Made by a program: the position numbers and the translations under genes. From assembly GCA_037478635.1 (NCBI GenBank), contig JBBFMI010000001.1, positions 1-56,777 on the forward strand: a DNA stretch of 56,777 nucleotides. The letters run 5' to 3'. Under the pieces are notes generated by a model, which did no database searches, was not told the DNA's origin, and was given only the letters and a program-made list of their open reading frames with translations. How positions within the stretch are numbered: the first letter of the stretch is position 1; every line of letters begins with the position of its first letter. The DNA comes from Candidatus Geothermincolales bacterium. Lineage in GTDB: Bacteria; Actinomycetota; Geothermincolia; Geothermincolales; RBG-13-55-18. Of the stretch, positions 10,315-19,781 are shown piece after piece.

Positions 10315-10974
10315 TTGAGGGAGCGGGAGGAGCTCTGGAACGTAGACCGGGGTTTGCGGCGTTTCGCCGCCGCGGCATTCCATCCCCTGGGATGGGGGCT
10401 TGCCCAGCTGATGAGCCCCAATTCCATAACCCTTCTCTCCGCGGCCCTTTCAGCGGCAACAGGTTATTTCTTCGCCGTTGGACGGTTTTTCCTGGGAGCC
10501 TGGCTCATGCTGGCCGCCGGACTCCTGGACATATGGGACGGTCAAGTGGCCAAGCTTACTGGGAGGGTCTCGCTCCTGGGGGCATTTCTCGATTCCACCG
10601 TGGACCGGGTCAGCGACATGTTCTATTCCTTCGGGGCTCTGTACTTCTTCGTCGCCGATGGCGTCCACGACGTGGCGTTGATGATTGCCGGTTATATATT
10701 CCTGTCCACCATGATCAGTTACGTCAAGGCGAGGGCGGAAGGCCTGGGACTTGCCTGCTCCGGTGGGTTGCTGGCACGTCCGCTGCGGATGCTCCTGTTC
10801 GGCTTTCCGCTGTATATATTCGGGGTGGTGGGAAATCTCTGGGTCTTCCGCGGAGCGCTCATACTCTGTCTCGTGCTCGGGATGGAAACTTTTGTAAGAA
10901 GGCTTCTCATGGTGGTGAGGGACGCGAGCAGAAAGGACTTGTCCCCATCAGAGCCGCTGGAGATCGGCGGGTGA
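10315..10974 (+). CDS. CDP-alcohol phosphatidyltransferase, PgsA1-like (candidate phosphatidylinositol-phosphate synthase)
   Basis: DIWDGQVAKLTGRVSLLGAFLDSTVDRVSD fits the D-G-x2-A-R/K-x8-G-x3-D-x3-D motif. Followed by an HtrB-like acyltransferase, as in the mycobacterial pgsA1 operon. TTG 10315 has an AAGGAGG RBS; the ORF track starts at GTG 10291. Confidence 0.8.
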   Translation: MREREELWNVDRGLRRFAAAAFHPLGWGLAQLMSPNSITLLSAALSAATGYFFAVGRFFLGAWLMLAAGLLDIWDGQVAKLTGRVSLLGAFLDSTVDRVSDMFYSFGALYFFVADGVHDVALMIAGYIFLSTMISYVKARAEGLGLACSGGLLARPLRMLLFGFPLYIFGVVGNLWVFRGALILCLVLGMETFVRRLLMVVRDASRKDLSPSEPLEIGG

Positions 10975-11040
10975 TCCCATGACGACTGATTTATAGCGAG
11001 GTTGGGGTTCGACGACCTGCAAGGACTTTGGGGGAGGGAG

Positions 11041-11958
11041 ATGGAAGAAAAAGGAAGTCTCCGGGGCACCCTTTCCGGTTACCTCAATTACTTCGGCCTC
11101 AGGTTATTCTGTTTTCTCGCCGGCGTCATCGATCCGGAAAAAGCCCATAGGATAGCGTCAAGGTTAGGGGATGTCGCCTATTTCCTGTCGAGGAAAAAGA
11201 GGGCCGTGGTGAAGGAGAACCTACGGAGGGTGTGCCCCGGGGCGGGCGAGCGAGAACTGGATTCGATGACCAGGAAGAGCTTCCAGAACTATGCCCGCTA
11301 CTGGCTGGATTTCCTCCGGTGCTGGCACCTCACGTTCGAGGAGATATATCGGATGGTCGTTCCCCACGGAGTGGAATGGATAGACCGTTGCCTGGAGAAG
11401 GGCAAGGGGGTGATATTTGCCCTGCCCCATTTTGGGAGCTGGGATATGCTCGGTGGCTGGGTCGGCCTCCAGTACCCGAGCATGTGGGCGGTGGCCGAAC
11501 AGCTCAAGCCACGAGCGCTCTTCGAGTTCCATACCGAGCTCAGGAGGAGGATGGGGATCAAGATCATCCCCCTGGGGGAAAACACCGCCGAAAGGGTCAT
11601 AAAGGCTTGCATGGACAACGGCATAGTATGCCTGCTTTCCGACCGGGTGGTGGCCGGGAGTGGCGTGGAGGTGGAGTTCTTCGGGGAGAGAGTCCTCTTC
11701 CCGGTTGGCCCGGCACTGCTGGCGGTCAAGCTCGGCACCCCCATACTTCCCTGCCTCACCATCCGGGAGGGCGGGATGTACCACGGCTACGTGGGGCCAC
11801 CCTTGGAGGTGGAGGTCACCGGCGATACCCGGCGGGACGTCCAGGTGAACATGCAGAAGCTGGCGAGGGTCTTCGAGGATTTCATCAGGCGCGACCCCAC
11901 CCAGTGGCACATTTTCCAGCCCATCTTCGCTAAAACGAAGCGAGATGGTGGTCGATAG
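11041..11958 (+). CDS. Lysophospholipid/lipid A-type (HtrB/LpxL family) acyltransferase, PatA-like
   Basis: HFGSWD (HX4D acyltransferase motif) with family-typical length. ATG 11041 follows GGGAGGGAG. Position after the PI synthase gene matches the mycobacterial PIM acyltransferase. Confidence 0.75.
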   Translation: MEEKGSLRGTLSGYLNYFGLRLFCFLAGVIDPEKAHRIASRLGDVAYFLSRKKRAVVKENLRRVCPGAGERELDSMTRKSFQNYARYWLDFLRCWHLTFEEIYRMVVPHGVEWIDRCLEKGKGVIFALPHFGSWDMLGGWVGLQYPSMWAVAEQLKPRALFEFHTELRRRMGIKIIPLGENTAERVIKACMDNGIVCLLSDRVVAGSGVEVEFFGERVLFPVGPALLAVKLGTPILPCLTIREGGMYHGYVGPPLEVEVTGDTRRDVQVNMQKLARVFEDFIRRDPTQWHIFQPIFAKTKRDGGR

Positions 11959-12086
11959 TTGGGGCGAAGACGTTCATCCGAGCCTGGTGTCGACCGATAA
12001 GTGGGGACCGAAAGGGAATAAGGCGGGATTCCGTCGTGTGGAGTACGGGTTGGGTGGTTTTTCATAGGCCATCGGATAGACGGGGG

Positions 12087-13058
12087 GTGGCCGAGCTGGA
12101 GAAGTTCAGCAAACTCTGGAGGATCATCAAGCTCTTCACCTTGATCGAGGGCAACCCGGGCGTTAAGGCGAAGGACCTGGCAGAACGCTGCGAGGTCTCG
12201 ATTCGTACCATATACCGGGATATCCAGCTGATGAAGCTGGCCGGTATCCCCCTTTATTACGACGACGGTTACCGAATCGCGGAGGGCTTTTTCCTGCCCC
12301 CGCTGCAACTCGACCTCATGGAGACCCTTTCTCTCCTCATGGGCGCGGAACTTCTTGCCCGCCAGAAGGGAACCCCTTTCCAGAGGGGCATCGAGAGCGC
12401 GGTCCAGAAGATATACGCCTCCTTGCCCGCGGGATTGAGAGAGGAGGCCCGCCGGGAATCAGCGAGGTTCAGCCCCGCGTGGCAACCGGCGGTGGATTAC
12501 CAGCGACGCCTGTCCATCCTGGAGGTACTGGAAGAGGCCATCGAGGAAAAGAGGTCAGTGCGCATCGATTACCGGGCCATGTCCACCGGCGAGTGTACCG
12601 AGCGGCTGGTGGATCCCTACGGCTTCCTTTTCCGGAGCAACGGTTGGTATCTCGTGGCCCATTGCCATCTCAGGGGAGAGATAAAGATATTCAAGGTGGA
12701 CCGCATCCTCGATGCCGTCATCACGGGGGACAGGTTCGAGGTCCCGGAGGACTTCAACATCAGGGAGTACATGGGCGAGGCCTGGCAGTTGATGAGGGGA
12801 GAACGGGTGTACCAGGTGGCAATACAGTTCCCTCCCCACGTGGCCCCCTTTGTAACCGAGTGCATATGGCATTTCTCCCAGACCTGTGAGCCTCGGGAAG
12901 ACGGCAGCGTCATCCTGAGGTTCCGGGTAAGCGGGTTGGAGGAGCTGGCCAACTGGCTGTTGGGGTTTGGCGGTGACGCCCGGGTCCAGGAGCCACGGGA
13001 ACTGGAGGATCTCCTGGTGGAGAAGGCATCCCGGGTTCTCCAGGTATATAGAAGGTGA
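12087..13058 (+). CDS. HTH + WYL-domain transcriptional regulator (PafBC/BrxR-type architecture)
   Basis: N-terminal wHTH LWRIIKLFTLIEGNPGVKAKDLAERCEVSIRTIYRDIQLM; WYL core VRIDYRAMSTGECTERLVDPYGFLFRSNGWYLVAHCHLRGEIKIFKVDRI. Start uncertain (GTG 12087, or 12036 in the ORF track). Confidence 0.8.
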   Translation: MAELEKFSKLWRIIKLFTLIEGNPGVKAKDLAERCEVSIRTIYRDIQLMKLAGIPLYYDDGYRIAEGFFLPPLQLDLMETLSLLMGAELLARQKGTPFQRGIESAVQKIYASLPAGLREEARRESARFSPAWQPAVDYQRRLSILEVLEEAIEEKRSVRIDYRAMSTGECTERLVDPYGFLFRSNGWYLVAHCHLRGEIKIFKVDRILDAVITGDRFEVPEDFNIREYMGEAWQLMRGERVYQVAIQFPPHVAPFVTECIWHFSQTCEPREDGSVILRFRVSGLEELANWLLGFGGDARVQEPRELEDLLVEKASRVLQVYRR

Positions 13059-13424
13059 GGAGTCCCAGTGCCTGATCGATCGATGGCGTTTTAAGAATAA
13101 ACGCTGAAATCGCCCTATTAGATTTGCGGGACTGTTCCGTTTTTCACGCAGAACCCTCATCCGTTCATCGATCTTGGTTTCCCGTTGATGGGAAATCGAG
13201 GTAACCGAGCCATCCCGTCTGGTTTTATCGGCTATCCTTTCCGCCAGCGCGCCGTGACCGTCAGCCTACGCCTCTCACGGGGGGTTGATAATGGCAGAAT
13301 ACGGGGTTAAGCATTTGCTTGATTCAGAAAAGCGCCCCGTGGTTAATCCGATGATTCCCCCCCGTCTTCGCAGCTCATATGCCAAGGGAGACGATATACG
13401 ATGCCGAAACCGGTTCAAGAGAAA

Positions 13425-13446
13425 GGCGCCGCCTCGCGGCGACGCC
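13425..13446 (-). terminator. GC-rich hairpin, probable terminator of the acyl-CoA ligase gene (possibly bidirectional)
   Basis: GGCGCCGCC / GGCGACGCC arms (one C-A mismatch) with a 4-nt loop. Followed by TTTCTCTT on the minus strand and CTTCTCTTC on the plus strand; 37 nt beyond the minus-strand stop. Confidence 0.45.
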
Positions 13447-13482
13447 CTTCTCTTCGTCAAGTTCTAGCGCGCAGCGGCGGTA

Positions 13483-15048
13483 TCAGCTACCGGAAGACGG
13501 GGAATACATGGCCCGCAGTTCCTTCTTGAGGATCTTGCCGGTGGCGGTGCGGGGCAGGGCCTCGGCGAAGACCACCTTCTTGGGGATCTTGTATTTTGCC
13601 AGCTTTCCCTGGCAGAAGTTGATCACTTCCTCCTCGGTGATCTCGACTCCCGGCTTGGGGACCACGACTGCCAGGCCCACCTCGCCCCACTTCTCGTCGG
13701 GTATTCCGATGACCCCCACGTCGGCCACCTTCTCGAAGCCCATGATCACGTCCTCCACCTCCGCCGGGTACACGTTCTCGCCACCGCTGATGTACATGTC
13801 CTTCTTCCTGTCCACCAGGTAGAGGTAGCCCTCCTCGTCGATGTAACCCATGTCCCCGGTGTGCAACCAGCCATCGGTGATGGATTCGGCGGTAGCCTGC
13901 GGAAGCCTCCAGTATTCCCGGATCACGTTGGGCCCCCTGACCCATACCTCCCCCATCTCGCCCCGGGGAAGCTCGTTGCCCTCCCCGTCGACCACCTTTA
14001 TGTCGGTGTGGAACACCGGCTTTCCACAGGAGCCTATCTTGCGGAGGGCATCCTCCCTTCGCAGGGCGGTGATGGCGGTGGCCGTCTCGGTCATGCCGTA
14101 TCCTTGGTTGAAGGTGACGCCCTTTTTGAGCCATGTCTCGATCAGGGGCCGTGGACAGGGGGCTCCACCGGCGATGAAGAAGCGCACGCTGGAATAGTCG
14201 GTGGTCTCGAACTCCGGCACCTGGGTCATGAGCAGGAACATGACCGGGATGCCGAACATGAAGGTGATCCTCTCCTTCTCGATGAGCTGCAGGGTCTCCG
14301 AGGGATTGAAGAACCGCTGTATGACCACTCTTGATCCCACGTACATGGCGGGGAAGGCCGATACCGCCAGTCCCCCGATGTGGAACAGGGGAGCGCAGGC
14401 GATGCTCGAGTCGCTGCTGTCGAAGGCGTACATGTGGATCGAGTTGATGGCGTTCCACTGGGTATTGCCGTGAAGGATGCAGGCGCCCTTGGGTTTTCCA
14501 GTGGTCCCCGACGTGTACATGAGGATGTGGATGTCGTCCAGGGTGACCGGGGCATCCGGGACCGGCTCGTCGTCGGGCATGTCCGTGATCACGTCTTCGT
14601 AAAGGGGGTCGGCGGGATTTCCGCCCTCCTTTTCCGCGATGAAATTGGCGATGCTGGGGACCTTACCGCGAAGGGCGTCCGCGGATACGGTGAACTCCGG
14701 GCTGTAGATGAGGGCGATGGGCTCCGAGTCGTTGAGGATGTACTCCAGTTCGGGGGGAGCCAGGCGGAAGTTCAGGGGCACGATAATGCCGCCCAGCTTG
14801 TTAAGGGCGAAGAGGATCTCGAGGAAGCGATGGCAGTTGGCCATGAGGACCGAAACCCGTGTCCCCTTCCTCACCCCCATCCGTTGCAGGGCGTGGGCGG
14901 CCTTGTTCACCCTTCGGTTGAACTCGCCCTTGGTGAGCTCCAGGTCGCCGCACTTTATGTACGGTTCGTCGGGATAACGGTGGGCCCACCGGGTTGGCCA
15001 TTCGCCCACGTTCAGGTTTTTCCATTCACCGGCTATCATTCGTGGCAC
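13483..15048 (-). CDS. AMP-dependent acyl-CoA synthetase/ligase (FadD-like)
   Basis: YTSGTTGKPKGA (A3 motif), GYGMTE, TGDMGYIDEEGYLYLVDRKKD, C-terminal PRTATGKILK. Confidence 0.9.
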   Translation of the reverse strand: MPRMIAGEWKNLNVGEWPTRWAHRYPDEPYIKCGDLELTKGEFNRRVNKAAHALQRMGVRKGTRVSVLMANCHRFLEILFALNKLGGIIVPLNFRLAPPELEYILNDSEPIALIYSPEFTVSADALRGKVPSIANFIAEKEGGNPADPLYEDVITDMPDDEPVPDAPVTLDDIHILMYTSGTTGKPKGACILHGNTQWNAINSIHMYAFDSSDSSIACAPLFHIGGLAVSAFPAMYVGSRVVIQRFFNPSETLQLIEKERITFMFGIPVMFLLMTQVPEFETTDYSSVRFFIAGGAPCPRPLIETWLKKGVTFNQGYGMTETATAITALRREDALRKIGSCGKPVFHTDIKVVDGEGNELPRGEMGEVWVRGPNVIREYWRLPQATAESITDGWLHTGDMGYIDEEGYLYLVDRKKDMYISGGENVYPAEVEDVIMGFEKVADVGVIGIPDEKWGEVGLAVVVPKPGVEITEEEVINFCQGKLAKYKIPKKVVFAEALPRTATGKILKKELRAMYSPSSGS

Positions 15049-15078
15049 CTCCCTCCTTCGTGGACCTGGGTTTCCCCT

Positions 15079-15099
15079 CCGGAGAAGTCAGATCTCCGG
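15079..15099. promoter_or_regulatory. Perfect 7-bp inverted repeat (CCGGAGA-n7-TCTCCGG) upstream of the acyl-CoA ligase gene; possible operator or 5'-UTR hairpin
   Basis: Read directly from the sequence; lies 31-51 nt upstream of the minus-strand start codon at 15048. Confidence 0.3.
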
Positions 15100-15461
15100 A
15101 CAATTAGCTCTCTTTTCCGAGAAAACGGGAAAGGATGGAAGCATGCCAGGAATCGGTCATCACCCCCTCGCGTTTCTGCTTTCCGTGCGAAATCTCCCCC
15201 GCGCTCGTCCTCCCCTCGTCGTTTTTGCCGACCTGTCCGAGACAGCCCAATTCAATTTATTGCCTGTTCTGGTCCCGTTTAAACCCGGCCTGCAGCGTGA
15301 ACGGGCAGAGAGGTTACTGGCATAGGATCCATCCATGTGCCTCCGCGATTCCACGTGTGGACTGATTTTGGAATCGGGTTTTCCCAGACTGCCAGATTAG
15401 CTGTCAGCCCACCCGGAGGAGGATCTTAAGTGAATAAGAGAACCGGAGGAGGTGGGTACTG

Positions 15462-16616
15462 ATGGTCGGGATGAACCGGATAAGGGGAGAGCGTCAATCT
15501 TGGGCGGCTTATCTGCTGTGGCTGACCTTCGTCGGGCATCGTTGGTATCTGGGAAAGCCTTCCATCCTTTACCTGCTGACCTGCGGCTATTTTCTGCTCG
15601 GCTGGCTTTTCGACCTTTTCCGCATACCAGGTTGGGTCAGGGAGTATAACTCCTTCGTCTACCAAAGGGAGATGGCCCGGAGGATGATGGCGAGGTCGGT
15701 CTACGCGCCGGGAAAAGTGACGGTGACCTCCGGGGAATCGGGTTCCCCGGCGGAGGGGGAAGGCGTCCCCGGAAAGGAGATCGGGTTCGCCGGCTCGGAT
15801 CTACCCTTAAGCCCTGCCGGGAGAGGGGGAATGGTGGCCAGGCTCACCGATTGGGCGAAAGAGAGTCCGGCACGCCTGGCCATCCTCGGCGCGGTGGGCC
15901 TGGTGGTCACGGTCTCCATAATAATTGCGGCCATATCCGGTGGAAGTGAAAAGGCGGACAAGGATTCCTTGACACACGGTGATGGCGTCCGCGGGTCGGG
16001 GGTCGGGCAGGAAAGCGAGTTGCCCATGGAGATACTGGAACCTCGGGGCGAGGTCGTCCAGTCGCCCACCGTTAACCTGGTGGGAAGGACCGAGCCGGGG
16101 GCAAGGGTCGAGGTAAGCAGCGGGTGGGGAGAGAAAAAGGAGGTCTTTGCCGGGGAAGACGGTATCTTCACCTGCCAGGTGGGATTGAGAGAGGGGTACA
16201 ACCTCCTGGTCATTCTGGCAGAGACAGGGGGCAAGAGCACGAAAAAGGAGAAGGCGATCCAGTACCAGGTCGACGAGGCTACTTACAAGGCCCAGTGCAA
16301 GGTGATCGACTACCGGGAACTAAAGAAGAACCCCGATGCCTTCAAGGGCGTGAGGTACGTGGCCGAGGGGAACGTGGTCCAGATCATGGAGTCCGGCGGT
16401 CAGACGGACATGAGGGTGAAGGTGGCCGGCAGCGAATGGGATGTCCTGGAAGGCATCGTGTACGTGATATACGCGGGATCGGTGCCCGCTTACGAGGACT
16501 CTCGGGTCAGGTTCTGGGGCGAGATCGAGGGATCCCATACCTACACCTCGGTGGCCGGGTGGAAAGTCACCTTGCCGCTGGTGGAGGCAAGGTACGTGGA
16601 AGTGGTGAAAAGGTGA
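15462..16616 (+). CDS. TM2-domain membrane protein with extracytoplasmic Ig-like/beta-rich C-terminal region
   Basis: TM2 signature AAYLLWLTFVGHRWYLGKPSILYLLTCGYFLLGWLFDLFRIPGWV; a second TM segment, then beta-rich domains. GGAGGAGG RBS. Confidence 0.7.
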   Translation: MVGMNRIRGERQSWAAYLLWLTFVGHRWYLGKPSILYLLTCGYFLLGWLFDLFRIPGWVREYNSFVYQREMARRMMARSVYAPGKVTVTSGESGSPAEGEGVPGKEIGFAGSDLPLSPAGRGGMVARLTDWAKESPARLAILGAVGLVVTVSIIIAAISGGSEKADKDSLTHGDGVRGSGVGQESELPMEILEPRGEVVQSPTVNLVGRTEPGARVEVSSGWGEKKEVFAGEDGIFTCQVGLREGYNLLVILAETGGKSTKKEKAIQYQVDEATYKAQCKVIDYRELKKNPDAFKGVRYVAEGNVVQIMESGGQTDMRVKVAGSEWDVLEGIVYVIYAGSVPAYEDSRVRFWGEIEGSHTYTSVAGWKVTLPLVEARYVEVVKR

Positions 16617-16761
16617 AGCGCGGCAGGATGCTCGAAGCGCGAAAGGAAGCGGCGAACCGGGATTTTTTTATACTGCGGGAGGGCGTGAGGGCGGTTTGGG
16701 CCACGGGATCTCCTGGTCTTTCAAGGGGGCAGCCCGGGGGCGCTCTGTCCTCGCTTCCCCC

Positions 16762-18267
16762 TTAGCGCGGGCGGGTGAATTTCTCCCATTTCTCCCGGAT
16801 CATCGATGCTAAGGGAAATACCGCCAGGGGCAGCAACATGGAGACGCTCCCGGCGAAGGGTATCCAGGGGGTGTTAAGCGAGAAGGGCTGGCCGGCCTTG
16901 GAACACCACCAGAGAGATAGCCCCAGGGAAAGGCCGAGGGAGCATGTAACCCCGGAGATGAGGGAGGCCCAGGCGCCGGTGGCGTCGGCCCTTTTCCAGA
17001 ACAAGCCGTAAAGATACGGGGCTATGAAGGCGCCGGTCAGGGTTCCCCAGGAGATGGACATCATGTTGACGATGAAGGACCAAGGCTTCAGGGCAATGAG
17101 AAGGGAGAGGCCCACGAAGATGGCGCACAAGATCCTCATGAGGAGGGTGCTGCCCCTCGCCCCCAACCTCCTCTCGCCCCCCATCAGGTCCACCACTACC
17201 GAGGAGCTGGAGATGAGGACCAGGGAGGATAAGGTGGACATGGAGGCGCTCAGTACCACCAGCATGATGATTATGGCGAGCCCCTGGGGCAGGTATTGAT
17301 TGACCAGGGTGGGCATGAGGTTATCCGCGCCCAGCTCTTTTACCTGCTCAGCGGTGAAGAAGACCCGGGTGAAAGCCCCGGAGAAATAGGCGCCGAAAGT
17401 GCAGATGGTCGCGAAGACGGTGGAGACCACCATGGCGCGGCGGGCGGCATCAGCGCTCCTTATGGAATAGAACTTCTGGACCATCTGGGGCAGGCCCATG
17501 GGCCCAAGGGAGGTCAGCACCACCAGGGAAAGGAGCCCTAACCAGGCGGGCGGGGAATGGGACGCCTGTTGAACGGAGACGCTACTTACCATCCGAAGGG
17601 TCTCGCCGATGGCACTCCCCGTGTGGGTGGACGCTCGAGAGACCACGAATATGACCAGGAGAAGAGAGCCGGCAACCATGATCAATCCCTGCAGGAAATC
17701 GACCATGGCTATGGCGAGGTATCCCCCAAACACGAGGTAAAAGCCGGTAAGGATGGCCATGAGGGTCAGGGCAAGGGAGTAGTCTATTCCCAGCACCTTT
17801 TCGAAGAGATAGGAAAGCCCCATGTAGACGGAGGCTGAATAGGGGAGCAGGAACAGGAAGGTTATCACCGCGGCTACCTTTAGCAGGACTTCGCTACCGT
17901 AAAGGGATCGGAACAGCTCGGGCATGGTCATCGCACCCAGGCGGGTGGTTAATTCCCGGGTGGGAGCCGCCAGCAGCAGCCAGGGAAGCAGGGTGCCCAC
18001 CAGCGCGTTCCCTACGACGATCCAGAGTCCGCCCAGGCCATAGCTCCAGCCTATCCTGCCCGCGTAACCCACGAAGAGCACGGCGGAAAAGTAAGTCGTG
18101 CCATAGGCAAGGGCGGATACCCAGGGACCGATGGAACGGTTGGCGAGGAGGAAATCGGATATGTTCCTGGTCCGCCTGGAGGAATACAGGGCTATGGCCA
18201 CCAGGGCTGCGATGTAGGCCGCCAGGGCTATGATCCTTGCCGCGTTCATGGGGACCTGCCTGTCCAA
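16762..18267 (-). CDS. Sodium:solute symporter (SSF) family transporter
   Basis: 501-aa polytopic membrane protein with SSF-like N-terminus (FLLANRSIGPWVSALAYGTTYFSAVLFVGYAG). Substrate not assignable. Start is TTG 18267 or ATG 18249. Confidence 0.8.
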   Translation of the reverse strand: MDRQVPMNAARIIALAAYIAALVAIALYSSRRTRNISDFLLANRSIGPWVSALAYGTTYFSAVLFVGYAGRIGWSYGLGGLWIVVGNALVGTLLPWLLLAAPTRELTTRLGAMTMPELFRSLYGSEVLLKVAAVITFLFLLPYSASVYMGLSYLFEKVLGIDYSLALTLMAILTGFYLVFGGYLAIAMVDFLQGLIMVAGSLLLVIFVVSRASTHTGSAIGETLRMVSSVSVQQASHSPPAWLGLLSLVVLTSLGPMGLPQMVQKFYSIRSADAARRAMVVSTVFATICTFGAYFSGAFTRVFFTAEQVKELGADNLMPTLVNQYLPQGLAIIIMLVVLSASMSTLSSLVLISSSSVVVDLMGGERRLGARGSTLLMRILCAIFVGLSLLIALKPWSFIVNMMSISWGTLTGAFIAPYLYGLFWKRADATGAWASLISGVTCSLGLSLGLSLWWCSKAGQPFSLNTPWIPFAGSVSMLLPLAVFPLASMIREKWEKFTRPR

Positions 18268-18556
18268 AAGACCGGCCTATTTTAACATGGACGAACTTTT
18301 GCGGGAACGAAAGGGCTTCCAGTTCGCGGGAGCTTCACTTGGGCGGGTCGACACCCAATCCTCCTTTCAACCCCCACCGTTCCTGGCCACCTCTCAAGCG
18401 GTCATGCTCGGTCTACGGTGGAGATGGTTTTTCAATGCGGCAGATTGACTCGTATTTCAGCCCTTTCCATGAACTGAAGACGGATTTTCCCTGAGGGGCC
18501 GATACGAAAAAAACGAGACTGAACAGGTATTGGATTGATTTGGAATCCCCTTGGAC

Positions 18557-19639
18557 TCACCGCTCCTTTATTTCCAGCTCCATCACCGGTCCGTCCAGAG
18601 ACCAACTGGCCACCGAGGACGGAAGCCCGAAGAGCACCTCGTAATACCCCTGGAGAAGTCCCACCATCAGGAGGTGGAGGGCCGGGTTTATCAGTCGCAT
18701 GAAAAGGCCGTCGGGTTTTACCTGGAATTCCTCGAGGTAGCCCAGCCCCCTTACCGCTAACAACCGCCTGAATTCGTCGAGGGTACCGATATCGCTGGGG
18801 GAGTAGATCCCGCCCTCCTTCACGAATTGACGTTGGGCTTCCACTATGGTCCTGGGGATCTCCTCCCCGAGTTCCCTCTCCATTTCGCCGAAGACGGCCT
18901 CCAGGTAAGCTGGCCCCACCATGCAGACACGCCGCCCGGTGTTTTTGTCCCTGATGGTGCCCCCTTTCGTTTCCCAGGAAAACCAGGACAGCTCGGCGGG
19001 TCCTCCACATCCTTCGCAGGTCTCCAATGCATAATCCACCTCTCGGTAGGGGAATTTCTTGGTCTGGAGTCTTTCCCTGAACTGTGGCGGGTGCTCGGAG
19101 GGGAAGACTTTGATCCATACCCTGTCTTCCGCCAACGACCTGTACACCACGTCGTTATCCCGGGAGGTCACCGATTCCACTGCCCCCGTCATGTCCCCGC
19201 ACCACAGGGGCACCGAGTAGGGATTGATGACCACCTGGGCAAGATGGTCTTCGTCGTCGTACTCCAGGCGGTAGCCCTCCAGGACCGGTTTGCCGTAGCC
19301 CATGACCACGGATATGGCGTTGTTGGCCTGGATAAGGGGCTCCACCGGGATCTCCTTCTTCCTAACGCCCTCTTTCACCTCCGGCGGGGTCAGCCGGTCG
19401 ATGTAATCCCGGGTGGCCCTCCTCTTCGTCTCTATGATGATCCTCTCTATGGGGACCGTGAGTAGATCCTCGATCTTTCTGAACAGAAGGTCCAGGTTGT
19501 CTACCTCTATCAGCACCATTCGATGGTCGGGATCGAGGCTCTGCACCGTGACGCCCCCCTTCATCCAGCGATGGTTGCTCACGAAGAGCAGGGGAGCGCC
19601 ACAGGATGGGCAGAATTCGAAGGCGTTCTCTTCGTTCAT
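18557..19639 (-). CDS. Hypothetical protein; two tandem modules, each CxxCG + V4R-like region
   Basis: Module 1: FCPSCGAP ... INPYSVPLWCGDMTGAVESV. Module 2: TCEGCGGP ... INPALHLLMVGLLQGYYEVL. GGTGGAG RBS. The V4R assignment rests on pattern resemblance only. Confidence 0.55.
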   Translation of the reverse strand: MNEENAFEFCPSCGAPLLFVSNHRWMKGGVTVQSLDPDHRMVLIEVDNLDLLFRKIEDLLTVPIERIIIETKRRATRDYIDRLTPPEVKEGVRKKEIPVEPLIQANNAISVVMGYGKPVLEGYRLEYDDEDHLAQVVINPYSVPLWCGDMTGAVESVTSRDNDVVYRSLAEDRVWIKVFPSEHPPQFRERLQTKKFPYREVDYALETCEGCGGPAELSWFSWETKGGTIRDKNTGRRVCMVGPAYLEAVFGEMERELGEEIPRTIVEAQRQFVKEGGIYSPSDIGTLDEFRRLLAVRGLGYLEEFQVKPDGLFMRLINPALHLLMVGLLQGYYEVLFGLPSSVASWSLDGPVMELEIKER

Positions 19640-19752
19640 GTCTCCACCCCTCGCGATTCGTCCTTTTTCGCACCTGATTTCCTGATTAAGCGCATTTTAA
19701 AGATTGATGGTGAAAGTTTTGCCACCTCGATTCAAGAGTAATGGTTATCGCT

Positions 19753-19781
19753 GTGAAACCCGACGGCTTTTTCATTAGAAT
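19753..19781 (+). promoter_or_regulatory. Candidate promoter giving a leaderless pimA transcript
   Basis: GTGAAA (19753-19758), 17-nt spacer, TAGAAT (19776-19781). The pimA ATG begins 7 nt after the -10 hexamer and has no Shine-Dalgarno. Confidence 0.4.

Noticed and set aside
12087-13058. The WYL regulator as a marker of a phage-defence island.
   Set aside because: The neighbouring genes are a lipid acyltransferase, an acyl-CoA ligase, a TM2 protein and a symporter. No nuclease, helicase, methylase, CBASS, BREX or CRISPR component is visible in the window.
13285-13467. Small ORFs in the WYL/ligase intergenic region (13285..13467 +, 13275..13460 -).
   Set aside because: They have no RBS and no recognisable domain. 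They overlap each other on opposite strands and overlap the hairpin terminator, so they are probably non-coding.
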